From: an uncultured Gammaproteobacteria bacterium
Lineage (GTDB): Bacteria > Patescibacteriota > Patescibacteriia > Magasanikbacterales > UBA922
DNA length: 64,000 nt
Assembly: GCA_964522435.1 (NCBI GenBank)
Contig: CAZFUL010000001.1
Coordinates: 188,278 to 252,277, forward strand
Direction: 5' to 3'
The translations under genes were made by a program, and so were the position numbers. Below, one piece after another: positions 1-8,491 of the stretch; position 1 is the first letter of the stretch, and every line of letters starts with the position of its first letter. The notes beneath the pieces are model-generated. The model worked only from the letters and a program-made list of their open reading frames with translations. It was not told the DNA's origin and did no database searches.

Positions 1-682
1 TGCAGAACAACGTTACCAACGTGCGGAGAGTCTTTCAAATGATGATAGTCAAAAAGTAAAAACACTGAACGTGGTATTGCGAGCTGACGTGTTAGGATCT
101 CTTGAAGCGATTATTGGATCTCTTGAAAAAATTCAACATCCAGAAGTAGGCGTAAAAATTATTGGAAAAGGATTAGGCAACATTACCGAAGATGATGTGA
201 ATAAAGCAGAAGCGGGAAATGGTGTGCTGGTTGCGTTTAATGTAAAACCATCGGTGAGTGCAGAAAGTATTATGCGTGAAAAAAACATGAGCTTTCAACG
301 CTTTACCATTATTTATGATTTGATTGACTGGGTAAGCAAACAAGTAGAAGGGTTACTTGAACATGAAATTATTGTCACAGAACATGGTCGTATGACGGTA
401 AAAGGCATTTTCCGCACAGACCGACAATGGATGATTGTGGGTGGGGTTGCCACAGAAGGAAAAATTATGAAAGAGAGCTTAGCCCGAGTGCTGCGTGATG
501 GAGAAACCATTGGGGTTGGAAAAATCGTTACCTGTCAAGCTGGACAACAAGAGGTAAAAAATATTCCACAAGGCACTGAAGGGGGAATTCGTTTTGAAGG
601 AAAAATAAAAGTAGAAGAAGGCGATATTATTGAATCATATTCAGAAGAAAAACGAGTACGATCATTAACTCAAAATAAATAG
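1..682 (+). CDS. infB: translation initiation factor IF-2, C-terminal part (5' end lies outside window)
   Basis: Frame is open from the window edge. Translation 'AEQRYQ...VVLRADVLGSLEAI...' matches the IF-2 C-terminal domains. Listed ORF 71..682 is in the same frame. Confidence 0.85.
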   Translation, partial: AEQRYQRAESLSNDDSQKVKTLNVVLRADVLGSLEAIIGSLEKIQHPEVGVKIIGKGLGNITEDDVNKAEAGNGVLVAFNVKPSVSAESIMREKNMSFQRFTIIYDLIDWVSKQVEGLLEHEIIVTEHGRMTVKGIFRTDRQWMIVGGVATEGKIMKESLARVLRDGETIGVGKIVTCQAGQQEVKNIPQGTEGGIRFEGKIKVEEGDIIESYSEEKRVRSLTQNK

Positions 683-688
683 AACCGT

Positions 689-1021
689 ATGTCATTAGCA
701 ATTACACTTACTGAACAAAATTTCGAACAAGAAGTACTTCAATCACCGGTACCGGTATTTGTTGATTTTTGGGCACCTTGGTGTGGTCCTTGTCAAACTA
801 TGGGACCTATTGTAGAAGAATTAGCCGCAAGTATGAATCCTGCGCAAATAAAAATAGGAAAAGTAAATGTGGATGAAAATTCTATGATTGCTGGCACCTA
901 TAACATTTTAAGCATCCCCACCTTTATGATATTTAAAGGGGGAGTGATGATTGCTCAAGTTGCTGGTGGTATGCCAAAAGAACAATTACAAGCCTTTATT
1001 GAAAAAACAATTCAAGCATAA
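689..1021 (+). CDS. trxA: thioredoxin
   Basis: 110 aa with the WCGPC active-site motif and thioredoxin fold. Confidence 0.9.
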   Translation: MSLAITLTEQNFEQEVLQSPVPVFVDFWAPWCGPCQTMGPIVEELAASMNPAQIKIGKVNVDENSMIAGTYNILSIPTFMIFKGGVMIAQVAGGMPKEQLQAFIEKTIQA

Positions 1022-1030
1022 TCCTGTATA

Positions 1031-1058
1031 AAATCCCGATCCTTTCGGGATTTTTTTA
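1031..1058 (+). terminator. rho-independent terminator after trxA
   Basis: Hairpin tcccga-tcctt-tcggga followed by T7. Confidence 0.6.
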
Positions 1059-1124
1059 TAGCGTATAGCACTGGCGCGAGTGTGTTTTTTATGATGTACT
1101 ATTTGTATCTTAATTATATTATAT

Positions 1125-2060
1125 ATGACTATGTCTAAAAAAATTGTTGCCCTCGTTGTTGCTGCATTGCTTGTGCTTGCAAGTATTGTTGTGTTTGTAT
1201 TTATCTTGCGCCGATCATTATTGGAATCATCAGCAACGATGAGCGATGGTGATGTGTATGGCGGTCAGGATGCAATGATGGTTGAAGAATCATTTGCATT
1301 GGGAATGGCAAGACAAGCCGCTCCATCAGAAAGCTATATGCCAGAGCCTCCGACAACGGCAAGTAATAATACGACGCTTGAAGAAGATCGCTTGATTATT
1401 AAAAACGCAGACCTTTCGTTGGTTGTAGAAGATGTTCCCTTAGGTGTCGCCCAGGTACATCAACAAACAGCCGCCTTAGGGGGATTTGTGGTAAGTAGTA
1501 ACGTATATAAATATGGTCAATATCCTCGAGCAGACGTGACCGTAAAAATACCTGTGGCAAATTTTGATAGCATGGTGAGTGATGTTACGGTACTTGGGAC
1601 TGTTGAAAGTAAACAAATTACTGGGCAAGATGTGACCGAAGAATTTGTGGATATCGAAGCACAAATTGGGAATTTACGAAGTACAGAACAACAATTTTTA
1701 AGTATCATGAAACAAGCAACCCGTATTGACGATATTTTGGCGGTCCAACGAGAATTGTCTGCGGTTCGTTCTCAAATTGAACGCATGCAAGGACGAATAA
1801 ATTATTTAGAAAAAAGTGCAGCGCTCTCTACTGTTACTATTCATTTGTCAACAAACCCTGAATCATTACCTGTCGTAACTGACCAAGATCAATGGAAACC
1901 CCTGGCTGTAGTAAAAGATGCTCTTCGCAGTTTGCGTGGAGTAGGAATTGGTATTGCTAATGCCGTCATTTGGTTGGTGATTTATATTCCATTTTGGATT
2001 GTGTTGGGAATTCTTGGCGTGTTTGTGTATCGACGCCTGCGGGTAACTCGCATGAAATAA
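1125..2060 (+). CDS. hypothetical membrane protein (N-terminal TM anchor, central coiled-coil, C-terminal TM pair; DUF4349-like architecture)
   Basis: 311 aa. Hydrophobic N-terminus 'IVALVVAALLVLASIVVFVFIL' and C-terminal 'IWLVIYIPFWIVLGILGVFVY'. No catalytic motif recognised. Confidence 0.45.
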   Translation: MTMSKKIVALVVAALLVLASIVVFVFILRRSLLESSATMSDGDVYGGQDAMMVEESFALGMARQAAPSESYMPEPPTTASNNTTLEEDRLIIKNADLSLVVEDVPLGVAQVHQQTAALGGFVVSSNVYKYGQYPRADVTVKIPVANFDSMVSDVTVLGTVESKQITGQDVTEEFVDIEAQIGNLRSTEQQFLSIMKQATRIDDILAVQRELSAVRSQIERMQGRINYLEKSAALSTVTIHLSTNPESLPVVTDQDQWKPLAVVKDALRSLRGVGIGIANAVIWLVIYIPFWIVLGILGVFVYRRLRVTRMK

Positions 2061-2112
2061 CGAGACACATTGTTACGGTATATAAGTAAAGATATGTCTC
2101 ACTATCCGTTCT

Positions 2113-2192
2113 CAGCATACAAGCACGAAAGCAACTCGCTTCGGGTGCCAGATGCACCCTCCGCTGCGACTGCTTTCTTTGCCTGTATGCTG
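2113..2192 (+). repeat. structured palindromic intergenic repeat R1, copy A (second copy at 52321..52401)
   Basis: About 80 nt, near-identical to 52321..52401. Outer arms 'cagcatacaagca...tgcctgtatgctg' are inverted repeats. An inner hairpin is 'gggtgc-caga-tgcaccc'. Confidence 0.7.
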
Positions 2193-2277
2193 TAGTGGGA
2201 TAATATATAAAGATATCCACTATTGACCTTCTGTATATTCCACAGTACGCTTGAAAGACTAGTATTAATCTTTTTTT

Positions 2278-3513
2278 ATGCAAAATAATCCATTTTTGAA
2301 TGCCATGACGCAGCTTGATCGTGCCGCAAGTATGTTGCAGTTACCAACGGATGTTCACGAACGCTTGAAACACCCGGATCGGGTACTCACGGTAGCTGTC
2401 CCCATACGCATGGACAGCGGAGAAACACGGGTATTTACGGGCTACCGCAGTCAATATAATAATACCTTGGGTGTATATAAAGGCGGCATTCGCTACCATC
2501 CCGGAGTCACCATTGACGAAGTAAAAGCACTCTCTTTTTGGATGATGGTAAAATGTGCGGCAGTAAATATTCCCCTGGGTGGAGGAAAAGGTGGGGTGAT
2601 TGTGAATCCAAAAGAGTTATCCCTTGGAGAAATAGAGCGCCTATCTCGTGCGTACGTGCGTGGTATTTGGCGTGAGATTGGCTCTGATAAAGATGTTCCC
2701 GCTCCAGATGTTTACACGACCCCTCAAATTATGGGATGGATGCGAGATGAGTATGAAAAATTGTTAGGAAAACCTGACCCTGGGGTGATTACAGGAAAAG
2801 CAATTGAAGACGGCGGATCCGAAGCACGCAGTTATTCTACTGCGCAGGGCGGTGTGTATGTGACCAAGGAACTCGCAAAAAAAATGGGGCTTACGCCCAA
2901 CCAAACAACCGTTGCGGTTCAAGGCTTTGGTAATGCGGGAAGTTTTATGGCAAAAATTTTAGCAAATGAAGGTTATAAGATTATTGCCGCGACCGATTCT
3001 CGTGGTGGGGTAATCAATCGCGAAGGACTTGATGTAGCGTTGCTGGAAGCACATAAAGAAGCAACAGGCTCAGTGATTGGATTTAGTGGATCAGAAGCCT
3101 TGTCTAATGACGCCTTACTTGAACTTGATGTTGATATTCTTGTTCCTGCAGCCCTTGAAAATGTGATTACAGAAGAGAATGCCCCACGGGTACGAGCAAA
3201 AGCAATTGTAGAATTAGCCAATGGGCCAACCACCCCACAAGCAGATGATATCTTGCAAGAAAAAGGCGTGATTGTGGTTCCTGATGTATTGGCGAATGCG
3301 GGCGGAGTAACGGTGAGTTATTTTGAATGGGAACAAAATGTGGCAGGCACGCATTGGACAGAAGCCGTTGTGTTAGAAAAATTAGAAAAAATTATGGTCG
3401 ATGCCTTTTCAGATATTTGGGCAAAAAAAGAACAATACCAGACAAACATGAGAACGGCAGCCTTTATTGCGGCTATCGCACGGGTCGCTGCAAAAATGTC
3501 ACCACTTCCATAA
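2278..3513 (+). CDS. gdhA: glutamate dehydrogenase (Glu/Leu/Phe/Val dehydrogenase family)
   Basis: 411 aa with a 'PLGGGKGG' glycine-rich loop and the GDH family layout. Confidence 0.85.
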   Translation: MQNNPFLNAMTQLDRAASMLQLPTDVHERLKHPDRVLTVAVPIRMDSGETRVFTGYRSQYNNTLGVYKGGIRYHPGVTIDEVKALSFWMMVKCAAVNIPLGGGKGGVIVNPKELSLGEIERLSRAYVRGIWREIGSDKDVPAPDVYTTPQIMGWMRDEYEKLLGKPDPGVITGKAIEDGGSEARSYSTAQGGVYVTKELAKKMGLTPNQTTVAVQGFGNAGSFMAKILANEGYKIIAATDSRGGVINREGLDVALLEAHKEATGSVIGFSGSEALSNDALLELDVDILVPAALENVITEENAPRVRAKAIVELANGPTTPQADDILQEKGVIVVPDVLANAGGVTVSYFEWEQNVAGTHWTEAVVLEKLEKIMVDAFSDIWAKKEQYQTNMRTAAFIAAIARVAAKMSPLP

Positions 3514-3530
3514 TGCTGAGAGATAAAATA

Positions 3531-3566
3531 AAACCCTGCACCAGAACGGTACAGGGTTTTTTGTTG
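3531..3566. terminator. bidirectional intrinsic terminator between gdhA (+) and the small ORF (-)
   Basis: 'aaaaccctg...cagggtttttt' hairpin flanked by an A-run and a T-run. Confidence 0.55.
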
Positions 3567-3632
3567 TTGAGGGAGGCTGCAGTTGAGTGCCCTCGTGCTG
3601 CAGCATGGTTTCCCCCCCTTTGTGATGGTATG

Positions 3633-3779
3633 TTACGGGAACAAGATGTCTCGTGCCCGTCGTCGTCCTATGGCCATTCCTGCCCGCTTTTCCTTACGCC
3701 AGCGAGAAATGAGGAATGCGACGAGGATAAGTACGCAGATTCCCAGAAGATATTCCCAGGCGATGGTTTGTTCAATCAT
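3633..3779 (-). CDS. small membrane protein, 48 aa. Below the ORF-track length cutoff
   Basis: ATG 3779 to TAA 3633 gives MIEQTIAWEYLLGICVLILVAFLISRWRKEKRAGMAIGRRRARDILFP: one TM plus a basic tail. GGAGG lies 12 nt upstream. A TTGACA-N17-TATGCT promoter lies upstream. Coding region is visibly G+C-richer than flanks. Confidence 0.4.
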   Translation of the reverse strand: MIEQTIAWEYLLGICVLILVAFLISRWRKEKRAGMAIGRRRARDILFP

Positions 3780-3820
3780 GGCTTCGTTGTTCCTCCCCAT
3801 AGTTGTTTTGAAGCGCCCAT

Positions 3821-3849
3821 AGCATAGAGGAAAATGAGGGATTTGTCAA
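3821..3849 (-). promoter_or_regulatory. sigma70-like promoter (TTGACA-N17-TATGCT) for the 48-aa ORF
   Basis: Reverse complement of 3844..3849 is TTGACA. The spacer is 17 nt. Reverse complement of 3821..3826 is TATGCT. Confidence 0.45.
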
Positions 3850-3935
3850 TATGATAGGATGACAGTGTTAAAGATTGCATTTTTACCCTCTGTCCGTTAC
3901 TATAAGGGGGTATTTATTAGGTCTTTTTTTGATAT

Positions 3936-6836
3936 ATGAATAGTTACGATCCAAAAAGTATAGAACTCAAATGGCAAAAAATTTGGGAAGAGACGGGTAT
4001 CTATACAACTCCATCACACACGACAAAAGAAAAAAAGATGTATATCCTTCCACAGCTGCCGTATCCCTCTGGAAGTGGGCTTCATGTTGGTCATGCAGAG
4101 GTGTATGCTGCCTGCGATATCTATGCCCGCTATCAACGCATGAAAGGAAAAGATGTGTTGCAAGTATTGGGTTGGGATGCGTTTGGCTTACCGGCAGAAA
4201 ATTATGCGATTAAAACCAATGTTCATCCACGCAAAAGTACCAATGATGCAATTGATAATTTTCGTCAGCAAATTAAATCATTAGGCATTTCTGTTGATTG
4301 GGAACGAGAAGTAGGCAGTCATAATCCTGATTATTATCAATGGACCCAGTGGTTCTTTTTGCTCATGTATAAACGTGGGCTTGCGTATAGAAAAAAACAA
4401 GCAGTCAATTGGTGTGATAGTTGTAAAACCGTATTAGCAAACGAACAAGTTACCAATGCGGGTACCTGTGAACGTTGTGATACCCTGGTGTTACAAAAAG
4501 ACATGGAGCAATGGTACGTAAAAATTACGGACTACGCAGAACAATTATTAGAAGGATTAGACAGAATCGATTGGCCAGAAGAAACAAAAAAACGCCAACG
4601 GGATTGGATAGGAAAAAGTGAAGGGGCAGAAATTACCTTTGAATTAACAATAAGCGATGAACAAGTAACCGTATTTACCACCAGGCCAGATACTATTTTT
4701 GGCGCAACGTATCTTGTGTTAGCACCAGAACATGCACTCATCCAAAAAATAAAAGACTCAATTAGTAATTGGAACGAGGTTGAGGCGTATATTGCTAAGA
4801 CAGCAGAAAAGACTGAACTTGATAGACAGGTTGATCAAGAAAAAACTGGTGTTGAATTACAGGGGATTAAAGCGATCAACCCAGTAAACGGGGAAGAAAT
4901 TTCTATCTGGATTGCTGATTATGTCCTTGCCAGTTATGGCACCGGCGCGATTATGGCGGTTCCTGCGCATGACGAACGGGATTTTGCATTTGCGAAACAA
5001 TTTGGTTTAGCAATAAAACAAGTTGTTGCGCCCTATGTCGAATTAACGGGGGTATGTGCGCCACAGGCAGATAAAGAAACCACACGAAAATATGTGGTAT
5101 CTGCTATTGTTCGTGATGCACAAAAAGATGAATATTTATTATTGCAATGGCCAGGTGGTATTGGTGGTTTTGTTGGTGGGGGAATTGAAGAAGGAGAAAC
5201 AGCAGAACAAGCAATACTGCGTGAAGTGCAAGAAGAAACAGGCTATCATGACGTTATTATTAAAAAAGAGATTATTATTCCTCAATTTTTTGGTCATGGG
5301 TACAAACCACGCAAAGGAATTAATTGTTATGATTTTGAACACGTGTATGTTGTTGATGTATCCCATCATGAAACAAAGGAATTGCATGAAGAAGATAAGA
5401 GCGCTCATGATATTATTTGGAAAAAAAGAGATGAAGTGCTTGCCTATATTAGTTTGGATCATCACAAACAAATTTGGAAATGGTACGCACAAGGACAACA
5501 AGCAATAACAGAAGAGGGGATTGCGATTGAGTCTGATTTGTTGAATGGACTGTCTACCAAACAAGCAAAAGAAAAGATTATTCAATATCTCGAAGAAAAG
5601 GGGATAGGCAAAAGAAAAATACAATATAAACTTCGTGACTGGTCTGTGTCTCGCCAGCGATTTTGGGGTGCCCCAATTCCTATGCTCTATGATGAACAAG
5701 GAAACCTTCATCCTGTACCAGAACAAGATTTACCCGTGATATTACCAGATGATGTGGATTTTAAACCAACAGGAGAATCACCATTGCGCTATTCTGAATT
5801 ATTTAATGCTGGTGTAGAAGAACGCTATGGTAAGGGTTGGAAACGTGAGCCAGATACACTTGATACCTTTATGTGTAGTAGTTGGTATTATTATCGCTAC
5901 TTAGATCCAAAAAATGATGCTGCCTTTGCGTCTCCTGACGCGTTAAAAAACTGGATGCCGGTGGATTTTTATTTGGGTGGCGCAGAACATGTCAACGGGC
6001 ATTTGTTATATGCACGCTTTTTTACCAAAGTGTTGCATGATGCTGGATACATTGATTTTGATGAACCCTTTACGGTGCACCGACACCAAGGATTGATTTT
6101 AGGTGAAGATAATAGAAAAATGAGTAAACGCTGGGGCAATGTGATTAACCCAACAGACATTGTAAATGAATATGGCGCCGATACTTGCCGCATGTATGAA
6201 ATGTTTATGGGACCGCTTGAAGAAGCAAAGCCGTGGAGTACTGGTGGCGTTGTGGGTGTTCGTCGCTTTTTAGAAAAAACCTGGCAGTTGTACATGGAAT
6301 TTTTACCTCATGTTGAGCTATATAAAGACCGTACAAACAAAGAGCTAGAAACAACCTATCACCAAACAATTAAACATGTTACGCACCACATAGAAACGCT
6401 TGGGTTTAATACCGCTATTTCTGAACTCATGAAATTAGTAAACAGTGTGTTGGCTGCAAAAAAGAAGGGAGAAATGTATCTAAATAGTGAGATGGCGCTT
6501 GGATTGATAAAAATGCTTTCTCCGTTTGCCCCACATATGGCTTCAGAACTATTTAGTCTTCTGCAACAAGCAGATACCACTATCAATAACGATGTGATGC
6601 TGGATACACAACCATGGCCAGTAGCGAATGAAACAAAAATGCTGCAAGATACCATGACGCTTGCTGTGCAAGTAAACGGAAAATTACGAGGAACGATCGT
6701 TGTGAGTGCCACGGCTTTAGAAGGAGAGATTACCACCTTGGCTTGTGCAGAAACAAATGTAATGAAGTGGATTGAGGGGAAAGAGATTAAAAAACTGATC
6801 TATATTCCTAAAAAATTAGTGAGTATTGTGGTGTAA
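3936..6836 (+). CDS. leuS: leucyl-tRNA synthetase with an internal Nudix-hydrolase-like insertion
   Basis: HIGH motif ('HVGH'), KMSKS motif ('KMSKR'), editing-domain 'TRPDTIFGATY', 'AVPAHDERDF'. 966 aa; bacterial LeuS as I recall it is roughly 800-870 aa (from memory, not checked). Confidence 0.9.
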   Translation: MNSYDPKSIELKWQKIWEETGIYTTPSHTTKEKKMYILPQLPYPSGSGLHVGHAEVYAACDIYARYQRMKGKDVLQVLGWDAFGLPAENYAIKTNVHPRKSTNDAIDNFRQQIKSLGISVDWEREVGSHNPDYYQWTQWFFLLMYKRGLAYRKKQAVNWCDSCKTVLANEQVTNAGTCERCDTLVLQKDMEQWYVKITDYAEQLLEGLDRIDWPEETKKRQRDWIGKSEGAEITFELTISDEQVTVFTTRPDTIFGATYLVLAPEHALIQKIKDSISNWNEVEAYIAKTAEKTELDRQVDQEKTGVELQGIKAINPVNGEEISIWIADYVLASYGTGAIMAVPAHDERDFAFAKQFGLAIKQVVAPYVELTGVCAPQADKETTRKYVVSAIVRDAQKDEYLLLQWPGGIGGFVGGGIEEGETAEQAILREVQEETGYHDVIIKKEIIIPQFFGHGYKPRKGINCYDFEHVYVVDVSHHETKELHEEDKSAHDIIWKKRDEVLAYISLDHHKQIWKWYAQGQQAITEEGIAIESDLLNGLSTKQAKEKIIQYLEEKGIGKRKIQYKLRDWSVSRQRFWGAPIPMLYDEQGNLHPVPEQDLPVILPDDVDFKPTGESPLRYSELFNAGVEERYGKGWKREPDTLDTFMCSSWYYYRYLDPKNDAAFASPDALKNWMPVDFYLGGAEHVNGHLLYARFFTKVLHDAGYIDFDEPFTVHRHQGLILGEDNRKMSKRWGNVINPTDIVNEYGADTCRMYEMFMGPLEEAKPWSTGGVVGVRRFLEKTWQLYMEFLPHVELYKDRTNKELETTYHQTIKHVTHHIETLGFNTAISELMKLVNSVLAAKKKGEMYLNSEMALGLIKMLSPFAPHMASELFSLLQQADTTINNDVMLDTQPWPVANETKMLQDTMTLAVQVNGKLRGTIVVSATALEGEITTLACAETNVMKWIEGKEIKKLIYIPKKLVSIVV
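5025..5500 (+). other. Nudix hydrolase-like domain inserted in LeuS, between the editing domain and the resumption of the catalytic core
   Basis: Canonical Nudix box 'GGIEEGETAEQAILREVQEETGY' (G-x5-E-x7-REVxEExGY). About 150 extra residues are flanked by LeuS-typical 'FAKQFGL...' and '...RDWSVSRQRFWGAPIP'. Confidence 0.6.
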
Positions 6837-6860
6837 TTATCTGAAAAATAAAGAATATAA

Positions 6861-6897
6861 AAAAATGGGATTCTTTCGAACCCATTTTTATTTTTGT
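6861..6897. terminator. bidirectional terminator shared by leuS (+) and the zinc-ribbon ORF (-)
   Basis: 'aaatggg-attctttcgaa-cccattt' hairpin, A-run on the 5' side and T-run on the 3' side. Confidence 0.5.
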
Positions 6898-7091
6898 GGT
6901 ACTGCATCAGTTTCTGTGTGGGTAATTTCGCTACACACACTACTGTGACAAATAATGCGACCGGGACGTGTATACGCTTTTGTTGAACCACATTTTGGAC
7001 AAGAAATTTTTGGTCGCTCAAATGTACTTTGTAAATAATCCTCTACTTGTTTAGGATCTACGTTAAATTGATGACGACGATGTTCTGTCAT
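6888..7091 (-). CDS. small zinc-ribbon protein
   Basis: 67 aa with a 'CPKCG...CHSSVC' four-cysteine arrangement. Confidence 0.45.
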   Translation of the reverse strand: MTEHRRHQFNVDPKQVEDYLQSTFERPKISCPKCGSTKAYTRPGRIICHSSVCSEITHTETDAVPQK

Positions 7092-7102
7092 AGTAATTAA
7101 TA

Positions 7103-8425
7103 TTAATAATCCAGTTCAAATAACCCTTCTTGACCACTAATGTTTCCGATAATATATATTTTTTTTCTTTCTTTATTTACGGCAACATCACGAATCTCTT
7201 CTGCGGTAAATAATTCCTTGTGAGAATAATATAATTCATCAAATACAAGCAAGGTAGTATCGGTGACAAATAAGATAGAACCATTTGTTGACAAAGGATA
7301 TACTGCGCGAAGCGGTTTTGATGAACGGTGAAGTAATTCTACTTTCGCGCTTGTGCGAGATATTTTCCATACTTCCCATTGTGACCAGAGGTACCAACTG
7401 TTTGTATGGGTATCAAAAAACCAATGATCAGCAATAATTTGTTCTGTGTCAGTAATGGTATTACCATTGCGGTGAAACAAATGAATTGTTGCATCTGTGG
7501 TTTGTGCTGCTAATATCATGTGTTTTTCCACATCAAGTATTGTGGTAATGGGAAACGGTAAAAAGACGACGTTATTTCCTTCTGAAAGCTGTTGTGTGCT
7601 GGTTGAATACCGAAAGACTGTTTTTGCATCAGATACCCACCACAATGATGAACTGGGTTTATGAAGTAATTCTTGTTCTGTTGGCGTGAATCGTTCTATC
7701 CATTCTCCTACTTTTCCATATAATCCTGGGCTAGCGACGTCCCATTGAAGTTCTGACAATTGAACATCACGATATGTTGCAAAGGATGTCGGCCTATTTG
7801 CATCAACAACCGCAAGCTCTGAGGTGCTGCTATTACGAGAAGAAAAAAATAATACTGCATGGAAAGGCGACCACATTGCCTCTACTGTTGTTTCTGGAGC
7901 CAGAGTAAAAAGGGTGGTATTTTGTGTTGTTTTTAAATCAACAATCGCATGGCGAGTAGAAGTTGGATATTGTTTGCTGTAATACAGAAATGTCCCATTG
8001 GGTGAAAGTTGTTCAAGGGTGGTTGATTCGTTGCTATATAATATGCCAACAGGGATACGATTTTTTAATAGACTGATATCTTGAATATAGGTGGTTTGGT
8101 TGCTTTGTATTTGCACGGTGTTATTCCAGGTATGAAATCCAGGGCTCGATATATCAACTCTATATAATCCAGGAGCAAGATTCGGAAGACGGATAGGTGG
8201 TTTTTCAGATAAGACAATATCATTCACGACGACACGCACATCTTCTGTTTCAACATCAATACTTAATACCCCCGTTGTCATAAATTGACGCGTAGAGATA
8301 TCATAACGATACCCGGCAGTATAAAGAATAATAAGTGGTGCAATAATAAGAAATGCGCACACTAACAGACCCATAATAATGAGTCGAAATCGACGAGAAA
8401 TTGGATAGGGGTATGGATTATGCAC
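7103..8425 (-). CDS. membrane-anchored protein with an N-terminal PEGA-like domain and a beta-rich C-terminal region
   Basis: 440 aa with an N-terminal TM. 'PGLYRVDISSPGFHTW' is a PEGA-type motif. Downstream region is rich in W/Y/T. Confidence 0.4.
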   Translation of the reverse strand: MHNPYPYPISRRFRLIIMGLLVCAFLIIAPLIILYTAGYRYDISTRQFMTTGVLSIDVETEDVRVVVNDIVLSEKPPIRLPNLAPGLYRVDISSPGFHTWNNTVQIQSNQTTYIQDISLLKNRIPVGILYSNESTTLEQLSPNGTFLYYSKQYPTSTRHAIVDLKTTQNTTLFTLAPETTVEAMWSPFHAVLFFSSRNSSTSELAVVDANRPTSFATYRDVQLSELQWDVASPGLYGKVGEWIERFTPTEQELLHKPSSSLWWVSDAKTVFRYSTSTQQLSEGNNVVFLPFPITTILDVEKHMILAAQTTDATIHLFHRNGNTITDTEQIIADHWFFDTHTNSWYLWSQWEVWKISRTSAKVELLHRSSKPLRAVYPLSTNGSILFVTDTTLLVFDELYYSHKELFTAEEIRDVAVNKERKKIYIIGNISGQEGLFELDY

Positions 8426-8491
8426 AAGTTGCGTTTATGATGATTGTTCGATACAATAATAACGGCTTTTTATTGATTTTGCAATTATTGT

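Noticed and set aside
3327-3827. ORFs 3327..3827 and 3583..3822 (+)
   Set aside because: They run through the gdhA 3' end and its terminator hairpin. Cys/Arg-rich junk translation. The convincing gene here is the 48-aa minus-strand ORF.
3828-3935. T-box leader upstream of leuS (and of cysS at 15309..15380)
   Set aside because: No 'AAnnnGGGTGGnACCGCG' T-box sequence or specifier-loop architecture present.
5056-5726. ORFs 5056..5508 (+) and 5139..5726 (-) inside leuS
   Set aside because: They lie in alternative frames of a well-supported LeuS coding region. They are low-complexity, Lys/Phe/Leu-rich translations of AT-rich DNA. Spurious.
6870-6886. 'GGGTTCGAAAGAATCCC'-like string suggestive of a tRNA T-arm
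   Set aside because: It is the leuS terminator hairpin. No acceptor, D or anticodon arms around it.
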